This document shows positions 43,663 through 53,370 of a DNA stretch of 64,000 nt, one piece after another; within the stretch, counting starts at the first letter, position 1; each line of letters opens with the position of its first letter. The translations under genes were made by a program, and so were the position numbers. The notes beneath the pieces were generated by a model. The model had not been told where the DNA came from, did no database searches, and was given only the letters and a program-made list of their open reading frames with translations. Source of the DNA: Porphyridium purpureum (Eukaryota). The DNA lies in the NCBI GenBank assembly GCA_008690995.1, contig VRMN01000005.1, positions 620,001 through 684,000 of the forward strand, given 5' to 3'.

Positions 43663-44412
43663 GGTAGTCTCTGTCGTCAGTGTACTACTGCTTGCCGCAC
43701 ACGCGATGAACCTCTCCACATTCCCGCATGCCGGTCTCCTTTGGTTCATGTGAGCTCAAAGCCATCCGACCGGAGCTCAAACAACGCGAAAAGCCGTTTT
43801 GTCCAGCCGGGCGCAGTGGAGGTTTGCAAACGATGCACTCAGCCAGCAAATCGAAGCAACATGCGGCTTGCCATCGAGGACATGTTCGGGATGCCTTGAG
43901 ATGGACCGGTTCACTCAGATGGATGGTGGTGATTATCGCGGCTGTCGCGTGCTGTCGACCAAGGCTTACGTATGTCATGCCTGGCTACCGCGGGTATAGT
44001 GAAGGCCTGTTGCTGGAAATATTAAAGAACGTATAAACGCATGCTACGGGCCGACCGCTCAATGTCTGATTTTCCGAACGCGTTGCTTTTTGACAAAGCT
44101 CGAGGTGCTATCTGGATCGGCCCTGTTCTGATGCATTTGATTGCTAGCAACTGATGCACATGTCTTGCATTGGTTTTTTTTCTTCTTCCTTTTCCTTTCT
44201 TTCTTTCTTTCTTTCTTTCTTTCTCTGTCAGTTTCTTAAGTTTGGCTTAGCTAAAGCTGATGCTGCAGCTGTGGACGCTGTGCGCAATGGCGAAGAGAAA
44301 TGCCGCCGCGCACAGGCTCTGCGATTAGGAGGTGGTATCAGAAAAGACGGCGAAAGAACTTTCATCGATGTTGAAAGTGAACATGCGCAACGTCATGCAC
44401 CCTCGCATTTCT

Positions 44413-47271
44413 TCACGAGTTCTCAATGCTCTGAAAAACGGTCGATTTCCCAAAACTATCGAGCGTCAGCTGCGCAAGAAAAGCCGGAATACTGCTGAAG
44501 CGCTTAAGCACGCTTTCAATCTCAACTTGAAGCTCGGAACAGTAAGGACTCTCCATGAGCTCAAACCCACCATCTTCCTTCTGACCAAAGCGCAAAAATT
44601 GATGGGGAGTTTCAGCGTAGGTGGACGTGAACGTATACAAGGCGCCGGACACATCCACGCGCCAGCCAAGCAGGTGAAAGCATGCGAGTCGAAACTCCTC
44701 AATTTTCTTTTTCGCAGCGTCGCGCGTTCTCAGAGCCCGTTTTTCAGCCTGCTGCATGGCCATCTGCAACTTTCCAATTTCGTCTTTTGTCGATCGTAAA
44801 CCACTCTCCTCATCCTCACCCACAGGTCTGAAGGTGCCCGCGTCCGCGCGAGCGCGCTTCTGTCCACTACCTGGAGCATCAGAGTCAGGCTTAGTCTTGC
44901 TCTCCGTACAACAACGGCTGCAAAAGGACGAGCGAAAACGAACAATCTTTGTGCTGCTTGGATCATGGTCCGCTGGCTCCATGGAGGGCGCATCAACTAC
45001 CTGCGCCGTCGATGCTCCGGTGCAACTGCTGTCAGCTGCGCGTCCGGCCAAAGTGCTTGGATCAGTGCAATCTCGACTCTTCCGGGCTTCATCGAGTTCT
45101 CGTTCGAGGGCTTCCAAGCGTTCGCGCAGCTTCGCAGCCTCGGTCGCTCTTGTTGCGAGCTCACGCTGCAGCTCAAGAAGACGACCTCGCAACCGGCCCT
45201 GAAAGGCAGGTGGCCCACCGGGTGTGGAAGCATCGTCTGCACCGGTACCCAAAGACCGAAGCAGTTCGCGAAGTCCAACGAGCTCCGTCTGGAAAGCTGC
45301 AGATCGTTCATCATTCTCTCGCAATGTGGCCTCCAATTCTCTTGCGGAGCGCTCGGCTTCCTCTTTCGCCACTGTTAATGCCATAATACGGGCTCGTTCA
45401 CGCTCTGACCCCAAACCGGTGCCTTCTTCCTCTTCAAATGTTTGCAACTGACCGTACAGCGCCTTCAACTCAGTTTCGAGGCGCGCAGCCCGCCGCTCCA
45501 AGCGCTTTAGGGCCGACCTGAGCGATTCAATCTCCAGCGCTTGCGCTTGTACAGTAGACTGTAATTTGGAACTTGTCTCGCGAAGCTTGATAACCTCAGA
45601 GGTGGTCGAATCGGCCTCGGCTTTTGACCTGTCGAAAGCCTCTTTCCAATGTGAATCTGGAGCCGCTTCAACGGGAGGAGAAGAAGAGATTCGATCCGTG
45701 CCTCCACCGCTTTTTGTCCCTTTTGCGGCAGCTGGCTGCTTTGCGAGCTCCTGCAAACGCGCTGCGCCAGCATGCACGTCCTTGCCCGTATCGGAGAGCG
45801 ACGCAATAAGGTCAACGAGCCTGCTCTTCTCCTTACGGAGCGCTCGTATTATTTGAGCTTGCTCCTTGCTGTTCAAGCTCTCTTCTGGAGCTGGCGAGTT
45901 CAAATCTTTCTGTTGAGCGACCTTGCTTCCTCCAGAGAATCCGCCACTATCACTGCCGTAGTTAACTCTGTGCGCGGATGCAGTTGCAAACGCTCGGTCA
46001 CCCTCTTGAGGAATGGGCGATACGTCATAGTCCAAGGCTGCGCGCAAAGTGACTATAATGCTCTGAGCTTCCTGCTCTCTGGCTTGTGAGACACGCAACT
46101 CCTGGCGTAGCGCATTGACCTCTTCTGTGTATGCGTTCGTACCTGGCGAATCTTGCTCGGGTCCACTTAAAGCACCACCAGCTCGGTCGCCCTTCTGCCC
46201 TCTAAGCGCCGTGCACAGCTCCTGCTCTGCACGGACCTGGCTTTCGAGACGCGCATTTTCTTCGGTTTTCCATTGCAGCTCCTTGCGGAGCGACTCGACT
46301 TCGAATTGACTTGTATCGCGCGCACGCTCGAGCTCCCAGCGCAAGCGGCTTGCTTCTGCGCGCTCTGTTGCGAGCTCTGTCTTGCACATACGCAGCTCCC
46401 TAGCGTTCTCCGCCACCACGGAGGTGAGTTTCGCGCGCAACTCACGCGATTCTGTACTGCGCATCTGATCTGCTGCCTCGTACCGAGCCACGAGCTCAAT
46501 CTGCCGCGCAAGCTTGGATTCAAGCATCTTCATCTGTGCGAAAAGCGACGCACATTTGAGCTCCGCCTCCTTGGACGCGTGCTCAGCGTCTAGTGTGGGC
46601 GGCGCAGTGTCACCGCGCCGCTGCTCGCGCTCAGGCAGGATATCTATCGCGCGGTCACGCTGAGCCGACAGTTTCCTGATCTTGTCCTGGGCACTGATCA
46701 GCCGCTGCCGCATAGCGTAAACCACTGCAATGATCTCGTGCTTACTTTTCTCTTCCCAAAACGAGCTGTCGCCCATCGCCCCGCCGCTGCCGGCGCCGCG
46801 CTCAAGCGCGTCGTCCACGAGCTGCTGCTGACCGCCGGCTGCCGCGACAGCGCCCTGCACCTCCGGCGACGAGAAGGTGCGCACATCGTCCGCGAGCTGA
46901 AGAAGACGCCTGGACGAAGCACCTAGCTCCTTCTGTCGCGCCTCCATTCCGTGCCGACCTGAGATAAAAGGAACAACTCCTCGGGACACAGCTCCACGCG
47001 CTTCGGAGTCCCACCTGCTTCGCCCCTCTTCGCACATCGCGCGCAACTCGGCGGTACAGCTGAGTTCAAAAGAGCGTGTACAGTTGTTATCGGCGCAGGG
47101 CAGGTTTTCGATTAACCGGTTCGTCCCGCGCTGCGGACGTGAACCGATAAGCGCGGGGTGCGGGGTTGGGGGCAAGGTGTGGGTCGCGCCGCGCGCACGT
47201 GTGTGAAAAGCTGGCTCCTGTTGCCGCTGCGGCTGTGGCTGTGGCTGCGGGAACGGACAGAGGCCCGCCAT
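44413..47271 (-). CDS. MAD1: spindle checkpoint protein MAD1 (true start may be 47037 or 46947)
   Basis: Long coiled coil with the C-terminal signature EFRLACFHLLGWRVD..YTFTSTYAE...SIPAFLAQLTLD. Confidence 0.85.
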   Translation of the reverse strand: MAGLCPFPQPQPQPQRQQEPAFHTRARGATHTLPPTPHPALIGSRPQRGTNRLIENLPCADNNCTRSFELSCTAELRAMCEEGRSRWDSEARGAVSRGVVPFISGRHGMEARQKELGASSRRLLQLADDVRTFSSPEVQGAVAAAGGQQQLVDDALERGAGSGGAMGDSSFWEEKSKHEIIAVVYAMRQRLISAQDKIRKLSAQRDRAIDILPEREQRRGDTAPPTLDAEHASKEAELKCASLFAQMKMLESKLARQIELVARYEAADQMRSTESRELRAKLTSVVAENARELRMCKTELATERAEASRLRWELERARDTSQFEVESLRKELQWKTEENARLESQVRAEQELCTALRGQKGDRAGGALSGPEQDSPGTNAYTEEVNALRQELRVSQAREQEAQSIIVTLRAALDYDVSPIPQEGDRAFATASAHRVNYGSDSGGFSGGSKVAQQKDLNSPAPEESLNSKEQAQIIRALRKEKSRLVDLIASLSDTGKDVHAGAARLQELAKQPAAAKGTKSGGGTDRISSSPPVEAAPDSHWKEAFDRSKAEADSTTSEVIKLRETSSKLQSTVQAQALEIESLRSALKRLERRAARLETELKALYGQLQTFEEEEGTGLGSERERARIMALTVAKEEAERSARELEATLRENDERSAAFQTELVGLRELLRSLGTGADDASTPGGPPAFQGRLRGRLLELQRELATRATEAAKLRERLEALERELDEARKSRDCTDPSTLAGRAADSSCTGASTAQVVDAPSMEPADHDPSSTKIVRFRSSFCSRCCTESKTKPDSDAPGSGQKRARADAGTFRPVGEDEESGLRSTKDEIGKLQMAMQQAEKRALRTRDAAKKKIEEFRLACFHLLGWRVDVSGALYTFTSTYAETPHQFLRFGQKEDGGFELMESPYCSELQVEIESVLKRFSSIPAFLAQLTLDSFGKSTVFQSIENS

Positions 47272-48500
47272 ATCCTCGCGCGTGTGTTTCGTCTGGCGTG
47301 GGAATGGTTGTGTGTGTACGCGTGTGTGGGCGACAAGGGCAATGTATGGAGGTTAGCTCGAAATGGTCATGGCAGCTGGCTTGTGCGCGCCGCCCTGCGT
47401 GCAAGCCGTCGTGAGCTCCAAATGGCCTGGCTCATCCGCAGCGCCTCGTCGCACTTCCAGATTGTATCGGTGCAATATCGTCTCCTCTTGAAAGCAAGCT
47501 TGTCGCGTGCCGTTAGAGCCGGGGTGGCGTCGCGCTCGGGGCCTCTGCGCGCGTATGGGCACCCAAGCCGTCGCCGAATCGCCAAGTGGCAAGACCAGGG
47601 CGCTAATCCGCCTCCAACGCCTCGCTTACATCCTTACGATCGCTCTACACGTTCCTTTTCCTTGCTTGATCACGCCGTCACGTACTGTGTGGCAGTGCCT
47701 CGGTTTTAGAGACTACAATCCAATCAACTGCGGCCGTTGTGTCGTCCGCAGTCTCTGGGCTTTGACGAAGACAAAGAACGACTCAAGCACCAACGGAAGG
47801 GAGGGAATGCGAGGACAGAGAGCGGCTAAAGCCTCCCAGGCTCGTGAACGTGTGACTTGGCCACGGCGCGGCACAAAGATAGCACTCCACGGTACAGTGG
47901 GACGTGAAGGTCAAAATTCCAGTTTCCTTCCACAAAAACGCTGCACGACGGCGCAGGAAGTTTTCTACGCGTGACCCGAGTGTGCGTTCATTGTGAAAAA
48001 GCAGCCAAAGCAGAGAGATCGTGCACGACCCGTTGAAACCCCGCCACTCTGGGAGTTTCCGTTAACACACCTAAAAAACAAGGGGCTCTTGAAAGTGGGC
48101 ACGGAACCGGCCAAGTTCCGTGCCAGATGCTGTGTTTGATGATTACCACACAATGGAGTCAGAAGTGGACACCCAAATTGCGAGGCCAGCGCCATAGCAA
48201 TGGCATGCCATGCAGGTATGGACTATTCGCTGAACTTGCAACGTGTCGAGTTGCACCTTCTTCGCGAGCGGCCGGCGGGGAGCAGGAAGCAGCCCCGCCG
48301 TTGTGCAGCATCTGCGTGAAGCCATATCTGGGAGGAGTGTATCCGGCGCGCAGTTGCCTCACGAGGCGTGTGGCTTCACCGTGAAGCGTCTCTCAGAAGG
48401 ATATCGCGTGGCCTGCCGCGGCGCCAAGCGTTCAAAGAGTGTACGTGCGCGGAAAGGTCACGGATACTTGTGCTGTGGGGCATAGAATAGGAAAGATCCT

Positions 48501-49835
48501 ATGGCGCTACACGCGAGTCCGTCAGCAATGCGGACGAACGCCGTTCACTTTGCGTTCGCGTCAGCCATGCTTCTCGCCGTGTTGGTTTGTGTGGGCTCCA
48601 CTATGAGCTGGAAATTTATGCGCCCATCAACTCCGCGCCGACAGGTGCGTGCTTTAGATCAGGAATGGAATCCTGCACCTTTCGGGATGCACGCCGCGCC
48701 AGATTCCACGCCGACTCCTCCCCCGCCTCGCATCGTCCTTGGCATGCTCAATGTGCGCACCGCGGGGGTGGGCAACGTGCTGCAATTCATGTACAAGTTT
48801 CTATCGCTTTCACGCTGTCTCGATGCGGACGCAGTAATACCAACTCACAGTATCAACAAGATTGGCCCTAATGTCGATAGGCGGTTCCTACGGGGCGAAG
48901 ATATGTCGCTCTACGATTTGGACGTCTTGGCTGACTATGCTCGCACAGTGCACTACAAATCAGTGTGCAACTGCGTCGATGTGGCCGTACTCAAAAACGG
49001 CACTGGCTTCACGGACTCTGGTGCTGAGGGTGCCGCGCTCGTAGAAACTGCCACACAGAAAACGATGTTCAGCAGCCCCCGCGGCCTATCACCGAACGCG
49101 TTGATAGCGGAAATGTTGGAAGGCGTGGGGCCCAGTCGATGCGGCAATCCGCTCCCGTGTGTTCTGCTGGGTAATCACAACACCGCGATGGAGGCCATGG
49201 CCAGAATGGACACGGCGGCGTGTCGTGGGCGCCCCGTGGAATTGCCCGTCGGTGTAGGTGAATATTCTGATCAAGCGGCTTCTTCATTTGTGGTTCCGAG
49301 TCCCTTGATGCGCTCATGGGCTAAAAGCCTCCTTCCGAGAGATTGGGACTTTGATAGTCTGTTGGTTGTTCATCTGCGGTATGTTTGTGGAGAATACAAG
49401 CGCAAGGATGACATTTGCAATCGGGGCGACACTGTGTGTGTAGGGCGTGCTGAGGAGCCCCTCCGTGCAATGAAAGTGAATGATTTTGGGAATCTGGTGA
49501 AATTACTTGCTCAAAAGCTTGGGTGCAAACACGTTTTCCCCATCCTGCCACCTCCGTTTACGAGTCAGGCGCTCCGAACAAATGTTTCGCAAGTATTTGG
49601 CTTGAATTTCGAGGACTTGATCTCGAGCAAGAATCTTGACTTGTTCTGGACCCTTATGGTCGAGCGCAGCGTAGCAACATATGCCAAGCATCTCGTCGAC
49701 GAGACGAGGTCCTCATTTGCAACCACGCTAGAGCGCTCTCGCTTGCGACTGAATCTGACTGACTTTATACCCTTGTGGCAGACGTTGGAGGCGTTGAACT
49801 CGACCCAATTTGAAATCATCGACAAACCTCAGTAA
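48501..49835 (+). CDS. type II membrane protein, possible O-fucosyltransferase-like (GT-B) glycosyltransferase
   Basis: N-terminal TM and Pro-rich stem; AGVGNVLQ, VVHLRY and VERSVA...SSF resemble the GxxN, HxR and SxF motifs of GDP-fucose transferases. Confidence 0.55.
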   Translation: MALHASPSAMRTNAVHFAFASAMLLAVLVCVGSTMSWKFMRPSTPRRQVRALDQEWNPAPFGMHAAPDSTPTPPPPRIVLGMLNVRTAGVGNVLQFMYKFLSLSRCLDADAVIPTHSINKIGPNVDRRFLRGEDMSLYDLDVLADYARTVHYKSVCNCVDVAVLKNGTGFTDSGAEGAALVETATQKTMFSSPRGLSPNALIAEMLEGVGPSRCGNPLPCVLLGNHNTAMEAMARMDTAACRGRPVELPVGVGEYSDQAASSFVVPSPLMRSWAKSLLPRDWDFDSLLVVHLRYVCGEYKRKDDICNRGDTVCVGRAEEPLRAMKVNDFGNLVKLLAQKLGCKHVFPILPPPFTSQALRTNVSQVFGLNFEDLISSKNLDLFWTLMVERSVATYAKHLVDETRSSFATTLERSRLRLNLTDFIPLWQTLEALNSTQFEIIDKPQ

Positions 49836-50268
49836 TCAGCGGAAAAGAACAGCTACGAGTCTGGCGGCCTGTTGGAATGGTAGAAGGAAGCCACATGGCG
49901 TTTCTTTTCATACGTTGATAGAGCCAAGATTTCCCATTAAAAGAAGGGCGTCCTCGTTTAGGAGCTAAGAAAAAGTTGCACGATTTTGTTTCACTTGAGG
50001 CCGTACACTCACCGCAAGCAGAGTACGCAGCTGCACTTGGACAGAAGTCCGAAAGAGAGGAGGCGCAGTCCTTGAAACATGTGTCCATTGCAAAATTTCC
50101 AAGTCCAACATGGACAAAAAGAAATCCTGAAGCTCTGACAAAACCAGGGGCCTGTGAGACCCCTTCCACCTCTCACACACGATCTGGGTTCACAGTTCCT
50201 GTTGTCGTAATCATCAGAATTCGTGTCAGTCCAATGGCGCTCCAAACTCTCGTGAACGTAGGCTACCT

Positions 50269-51696
50269 CTAGCTCTGACCCGCACTGCCCGCAACACTCG
50301 AGTTTAACGGGCATGGGCGCTTGTGCTGGATCAATCCGTTGGACCGCCACTCCTTTACGTCAAGCGCGTGCTGCTCGTATGGGTCGGGGAAAAAAAGACC
50401 CCATATATTCGACCAAAACTGCTGGTCACCCCATCGCTGCTCCCACAGGCCTTCTTTAAAATCTCGATAGGTGATCGCAAATCGACTAACTTCTGGCGAA
50501 GTCGTAAGACCCAGCCAAAAGCCAAAAAAGTTTGCCTCCGGAACAAGTAGGGAAATATCCCACCATTTACGTTTCTCTGCTTGCGCCTGAAAGCGAGATC
50601 CACAGTGCTTCTCTTCCTGGTCCAGGAAGAGGAAGAGGACATCTTTGTTTCTCCCGCCGCAAGAACGATCTGCTCCGATTTTGCACGTCATGTATGGCGC
50701 GTGTGACCGAACCATTTCGTCCACCATTTCAAGCGGAGCGGGCCCGCACGCCATCAGGTCCGTGTCAATTTTGAACGCAAAGTCAAAATAGTCCATCACC
50801 TGTAAGAATGGAAGCCCGAACCCGTACCAATTCGTTGCGTATGTGTACTGGAGCGCAAAATAGCAGCAGTTTTTGCATCTTGTCTTTTGGACCTCGGCAA
50901 ACTTCTCAAAAGAGAGCTTCGAGTCCTCACCGAAAACGGGCGGGATAAAGGCCGGCTCGTATGTTACCCACACGTGCATTCCCGATTCCTTCGCGACGAA
51001 AACGCGATATCCATTGTCGAGGGAATCTAATTGCGCACAAAATGCTCTGTTGTGCTTGGTGTTACAGTCGAGTACATCAATCGAGCTCGAAATGGTCCCC
51101 GCAAAGGCGTCAACCGAAGCCTCTGTTCCTTCGAGCAGAACAACCACCATCACGTACGATTTGCTCGGTTCCGGGCCCAGAAGAAATCGCTGCCACGAGT
51201 CCATCACCGCGGCCAGTCCATCCTCGTATCGCTCGCCCATCACCGCGACAACAATAGCACTCCGGGTGTCGTGCTGAACAGGCACCGGGCGATTCGGCGT
51301 GAACTTGAGTTTACGAGTCGTGTGAGAAAGATTCCCTTCGATGACCTCGTGGCAAACATCCCTGTATCCCTCATGATTGAGCCCGAGGCTCCGATTTCTC
51401 CACACTAGAGTCGTACCTGCCTTGATATCCTTGAAAATCAACGTCTGTTTGCTAGCTTCCGTTGCCATTCCCAACCACGGGCGAGCGCTCTCAAGCAACG
51501 AAGGCGCGCGATGTCCTAAAGGAAGGACTCGTGCTGGCCGCATGTTCTCCTCTAGCGCAACGTTCCACTCGTGCTCGCTTTCAAGCACCCCGACGGGCTC
51601 GTTCGAGGCTGGCCACAGAACCGCAATACCAATCAGCGCGCCGAGAAGCACGAGCCCGGCTGCGGCAGCGAGCCGTACGGAGCGCAGCAACTCCAT
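50269..51696 (-). CDS. type II membrane GT15 (Kre2/Mnt1)-like glycosyltransferase
   Basis: TM anchor; FDFAFKIDTD (DxD), ANF and GLWEQRWGDQ resemble GT15 motifs. Confidence 0.6.
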   Translation of the reverse strand: MELLRSVRLAAAAGLVLLGALIGIAVLWPASNEPVGVLESEHEWNVALEENMRPARVLPLGHRAPSLLESARPWLGMATEASKQTLIFKDIKAGTTLVWRNRSLGLNHEGYRDVCHEVIEGNLSHTTRKLKFTPNRPVPVQHDTRSAIVVAVMGERYEDGLAAVMDSWQRFLLGPEPSKSYVMVVVLLEGTEASVDAFAGTISSSIDVLDCNTKHNRAFCAQLDSLDNGYRVFVAKESGMHVWVTYEPAFIPPVFGEDSKLSFEKFAEVQKTRCKNCCYFALQYTYATNWYGFGLPFLQVMDYFDFAFKIDTDLMACGPAPLEMVDEMVRSHAPYMTCKIGADRSCGGRNKDVLFLFLDQEEKHCGSRFQAQAEKRKWWDISLLVPEANFFGFWLGLTTSPEVSRFAITYRDFKEGLWEQRWGDQQFWSNIWGLFFPDPYEQHALDVKEWRSNGLIQHKRPCPLNSSVAGSAGQS

Positions 51697-52348
51697 AGGC
51701 GAGGCAAGCGGTCGCGGATTCCGCACAAGCTTTGCGAACAGCAACGCCGAGCCCCCCGGCTCACCGAATAGGGTTATTCTCAAGAAGCACTCGTGCGGCG
51801 ACGATCAAACAGGCCCGTACGAGCTTTGCCGCGCAATCCACAGCCGCGCTCTCTGCCGATGCTCATGTCTCCGAGATCAAGCCCTGCGGGATCAATTGCT
51901 AGGGTTTCGGATGGATATGATTTGCATGCCGCTGCAGCTCTCACAGCCACGAACGCTTGTGCGCGCGGCGCCGCGCACCGCGCCGTGTGGGCGTGCCGGG
52001 ACGCTTGAGCGAGGCTCGGGCTTCTGCGCGTTGCCACGCAAGCAGCGACGCACAATCTACTGCTGTGACTGACCGTGCGACTGTGCTGGCGTCACGCCCA
52101 GCCCTACTAGCACATTTTCAGTTCCGAGCTGACACACGACTCTCAACCGGTGAACACCACGACGAGTGGACTATTCTACGGAGTGCGCAATGACTGTGCC
52201 GCCTGCTGAGTGACACATCAAAACATGCACGACACGCGGGTTGCTTAAAAGTCGAACTGACAAGAGCACGCTGCTCCGTTCCGCAAAGCGCCGCGGTGCA
52301 TGCCATCCCCGGACAGACTCAGGTGCTCCCGAGCCTCTGCCTGAAAAT

Positions 52349-52400
52349 TGTGCTCGTGGTTCTGTGCTCGTGGTTCTGTGCTCGTGGTTCTGTGCTCGTG
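52349..52400. repeat. 14-bp tandem repeat TGTGCTCGTGGTTC x3.7
   Basis: Three perfect units and one partial unit, directly visible. Confidence 0.9.
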
Positions 52401-53370
52401 AGGATGTGCGTTGATTGGAGCTTCGCCATCGTTCGAGGCGGCAGTCCGCTTGGCGAGTGTGTAAGTAGATCGCTTGATCTGGGAACCTTCACGCCTTGGT
52501 AGCTTTGAGCATGTTGAGTCAAGAACTAGTTTGCACCTTTTTGCAAATCGCTATCTCGAATGGCGCCAATCAAAGCACGTTCCTCCGGTGAGTGCGGTTT
52601 CTAAGGAAGTTAAAGATGCTCCATTACTCTCGTGCCGAACTATGCTCACAAGCATGCGGCGGCAAACTACAAAACCAATGCTGTCTCCGCTCTGCACCAT
52701 TTTTCTCAAGAGCCCGTGCGGGCGACGCCAAGCTTTGCAAAGTCAGACCTCCAGCCTGCAGCTGCCGTAGCCCGGTTGGCGACTCAATCTGCATTCCGAT
52801 TCAGCACTTGGCCGACAATATTGTACCTACTTTTTGCTCAAATCAAGGTCCATTCTCTGCACACCACTGACGCCAGAGCGGTCGCTCAATGGCCGGGGCG
52901 AGCTCCCGCCGTCTCCTTCGCCGGACCCGAATACTAATGAGGATACGTGCGACCTCCTGCCCAATATTCCTTCAGACGTCAGTCAAAGCTTCTCGACTTG
53001 CAGGCGCTTGCCGGGAGTGCCGTATTGCAGATCCGCAAATCTACGCGGAAGTGTTGCTTTTTTTTCACTGCCCAAGCGCTGCGGGGTATAGCCTTCGCGA
53101 TATCATTCTGGACATGTTTTCAAAGACGGCCGCCTGCGCAGGGACACACCCCGCGGCGTGGACAATTGAAATACTGCTCAGCGGTATTGCAAGCACCCGA
53201 TGAACATGGATTCCGCTCTCCACTTTTCCCCGGGCTGACAGTGGACGCAGAGCTGCACACACGAATGCTTACCAAGTAGCAGCGGTGCGCATACTGTCCC
53301 TTCTGTGCACTTTGCTTTCATATTCACATCTGCACGCCTCCGCAGTGGATCTGCTGATCCTAGGCTATGA

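Noticed and set aside
44154..44498. (TTTC)n tract plus CAG resembling a splice acceptor, with a plus-strand ORF
   Set aside because: No upstream exon identified; more simply a microsatellite downstream of MAD1.
2573..47271. Mis18-like, MAD1, POLD2 and Claspin-like genes as a cell-cycle cluster
   Set aside because: They are scattered among unrelated genes, as expected in a gene-dense genome.
52349..52400. Possible CRISPR array (also considered for 62661-62770)
   Set aside because: Head-to-tail repeats without unique spacers, no cas genes and a eukaryotic context.
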